A stretch of 64,000 nucleotides of DNA from Eledone cirrhosa (lineage: Eukaryota): assembly GCA_964016885.1 (NCBI GenBank), contig OZ024752.1:8990001-9054000 (forward strand), given 5' to 3'. Position numbers and translations under genes: made by a program. How positions within the stretch are numbered: the stretch's first letter is position 1; every line of letters starts with the position of its first letter. The notes under the pieces are model-generated. The model did not search any database and had not been told where the DNA came from. It saw nothing but the letters and a program-made list of their open reading frames with translations. Positions 61,450-64,000 of the stretch are shown here, in pieces.

Positions 61450-62165
61450 GTAAAACAAAGAATCCTTTAATACATCAAAAGTTTTTATTAGCCGACAATG
61501 TTTCGTCCTATTAAGGACTCATCAGGGCAATCAAAACAACAAGAGGTAATATCGGCAGATACAAGCCAGAAACTCTGAAGAATATGGAGTGTACATACAC
61601 TAATGTCTTACAAAAATATATGATAATAAAAATGAAAATAAAGATAAAAATAATAAAAATATATAATAAGAATAACTAAGGATGTAGATAACATTAAGAA
61701 CCATATTACAAATATAGTCCAAAGCAACCAACCTAAATCTAAACAAATTTGGTTATATAGAGCAGGAATTATATATAACAATATAATACATTATAATAAT
61801 AATATACTTTTACCAACATTAAAATTCCAAATTAAAAATCAAAAAGTACAATATATACATGTATATATGTGCGCACACACACACACATATATAACAACAC
61901 ACACATCTATGTTCGACTACACAAAAATTAAGCCCTATTAGAAGTTTGAATATTAAAAATAAGCATGATAAGAGTGAAAATAATACTAATACATCTACCC
62001 AATATACATGAGGCAATAATATGATATAATTACAAGAAACACATATAACAAATAATAAACAACAAAATTATATAATTCAATAAAATATAATAAAATAGAT
62101 ATCCCCGGTTAATTTACAGAAACAATATAGATGTCACAATAAAATACAATGATAAAACGTTAACA
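61450..62165 (-). mobile_element. Non-coding HHR-bearing repeat, copy B
   Basis: Diverged copy of 31650-32355. Confidence 0.7.
61491..61528 (-). ncRNA. Minimal type I hammerhead ribozyme
   Basis: Identical to 31692-31729. Confidence 0.88.
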
Positions 62166-62247
62166 GTGTATTAACATGTACCATAAACAATATATACAAA
62201 TTGATTCATACTGGGTTACAGAATAAATGAGGAAATATAAATTATAT

Positions 62248-63207
62248 AACTAGACATGAAAAATGCGCAAGCTCAAAAGTGCCACAGAATGTTATAATAA
62301 ACCTTCAAAAGTGTGGGACTAGAGTTGTTGCTAAAAAAATATTGTAATCATTATATATCGTACATTCTGTGGCATCCTTTATAAAAATAGCTTAAACCAA
62401 CGAAGCCTTTATTTTTACGCTATTTCACTTAGTTAATTCTTAGAGTGTAACATATAAAAATAAATACATCTATGTTTAATGTAATAACAGCTATAAATAA
62501 TTACGTAATATTATTATCATATACTCATAGTAACAAAATAATTGTGTTGAAAATTAATATGATGCTTATATGAACGATCAAATCTATAATGATAATTTCT
62601 TAAATATACTAATAGTAAAATAATTTAGTTATCTATTGTTACATTTTCATAGAACTATAATATTAACAATCGTATTGCATTATCAAATTTTTATCACTAC
62701 AAACTTTCATATTGGAATTACCTTAAGCCACTTATTATTACTTCGCTTTCGTACTTTTACAGCTGTAGATATTGCGCTGTATCTTATATCTAATATCAAT
62801 ATCTCATGGTAATTTGCATGCAGTGTAAAATAGGTTTATTAATAACTTTAATATGAAATGTATTATACAGGGCTGCGGAGTCGGCCAAAAATTGACTGGC
62901 TCCAACTCAGGATCCGATACTCCATTATTTCCTAAATTTCAGCTCCGCAGCTCTGTTATTATATAAATTAATTTATTTTATAGTTGTAAATCATATTTTT
63001 ATATGTTACACTCTAAGAATTAACTAAGTGAAATAGCGTAAAAATAAAGGCTTTGTTGGTTTAAGCTATTTTTATAAAGGATGCCACAGAATGTACGATA
63101 TATAATGATTACAATATTTTTTAGCAACAACTCTAGTCCCACAATTTTGAAGGTTTATTATAACATTCTGTGGCACTTTTGAGCTTGCGCATTTTTCATG
63201 TCTAGTT
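62248..63207. mobile_element. Non-autonomous element with ~215-bp terminal inverted repeats (MITE/foldback)
   Basis: 62248-~62462 is the near-perfect reverse complement of ~62994-63207. Confidence 0.85.
62868..62955. mobile_element. Tiny hAT-type MITE nested in the foldback element
   Basis: TIR CAGGGCTGCGGAG/CTCCGCAGCTCTG; 8-bp flanks GTATTATA/TTATTATA. Confidence 0.65.
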
Positions 63208-63794
63208 TAATATTTTTTTAAGGCAACGCTTGTAATAACTCTAGTTAAACAGGATATATATTAATAATAAATTATCGTTGTAATGTAATTAGATTATGTA
63301 ATTGTTATTATAAATTATCTTATAAATATTAGTGTAAGATGTATAAAAATATTTTCAGACTTTTAATATAAACAACTACAAAAAACAATCAATATTAAAT
63401 CAATATATTATACATAATAGAAAACATAAAATAAACAATACAAAAACAAAATATTTACATACAATTGCAATTATCAGTGTATATACATTTTCTTTATATT
63501 CCCTGAGCAAATTAATAAGATTTGTTTTTATTGTACATAATTTGATGACTTGTTGGAGTGTATTAAAAGATAGCAACAATTTGTGATTAAATTGTTATCT
63601 TAAGCAACTCACTTTTTAATAGTTGTTGGCTGAGCGAAATTGTAAAAGCCTATGAGCAAATATAAAAAAAAATACACAAACAACATTTCCTTGTGTTATT
63701 ACAACATTAGATAAAATAATTGAGCAATGTCGTTATATTTTGCTCTTATTGCACATTAATAGTGTTTCTATTTTTCGGCACAAATCCATTACGG

Positions 63795-63935
63795 CAGTCC
63801 ATTACTGGTACTTTATTTTATCGAATTAGTAAGTATGAAAGTCGAAGTTAACCTCGGCAGGATTTGAACTTAGAATGCAAAGGACCATAACAATACTGCA
63901 AAGCATGGTGTCTGACGCTCTACCAATACTTGTGT
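63795..63935 (-). mobile_element. Degenerate SINE of the 61075 family
   Basis: Reverse complement of GTTCAAATCC..CCGAGGTT.ACTT and GATAAAATAAAGTACCAG. Confidence 0.7.
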
Positions 63936-64000
63936 TGAGCTGGTCATTAATTTATGGTGGTCGTGCGTGGAGTAGAGCAATCGCTAGTTGAAATATTATG

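Overview
Eukaryotic, AT-rich, repeat-only window with no intact host gene. The SINE motifs look cephalopod (Octopus-like), which is an inference. Bases 1-33 kb and 58-60 kb are a gap-free mosaic of mobile-element and virus pieces: at least seven Penelope-like (PLE) segments, hAT, piggyBac, two Merlin elements with TIRs and 9-bp TSDs, two Ty3/Gypsy elements, RTE and Tx1/L1 LINE pieces, and endogenous parvoviral NS1 and capsid fragments. Almost all are coded on the minus strand, the architecture expected of a uni-strand (flamenco-like) piRNA cluster. Several minimal hammerhead ribozymes (HHRs), intact and decayed, lie on the same strand, each near a polyadenylation-like signal. Bases 33306-57918 are a 24-copy array of a ~1.04-kb chimeric unit: a tRNA-derived SINE, a captured 149-nt host ankyrin exon with splice sites, and a PLE GIY-YIG endonuclease end. 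The array has a 4-unit higher-order structure, and two copies encode an open ANK-GIY-YIG fusion ORF. The last 4 kb hold SINEs, an HHR-bearing non-coding repeat and nested MITEs. All assignments are by eye and most boundaries are approximate.
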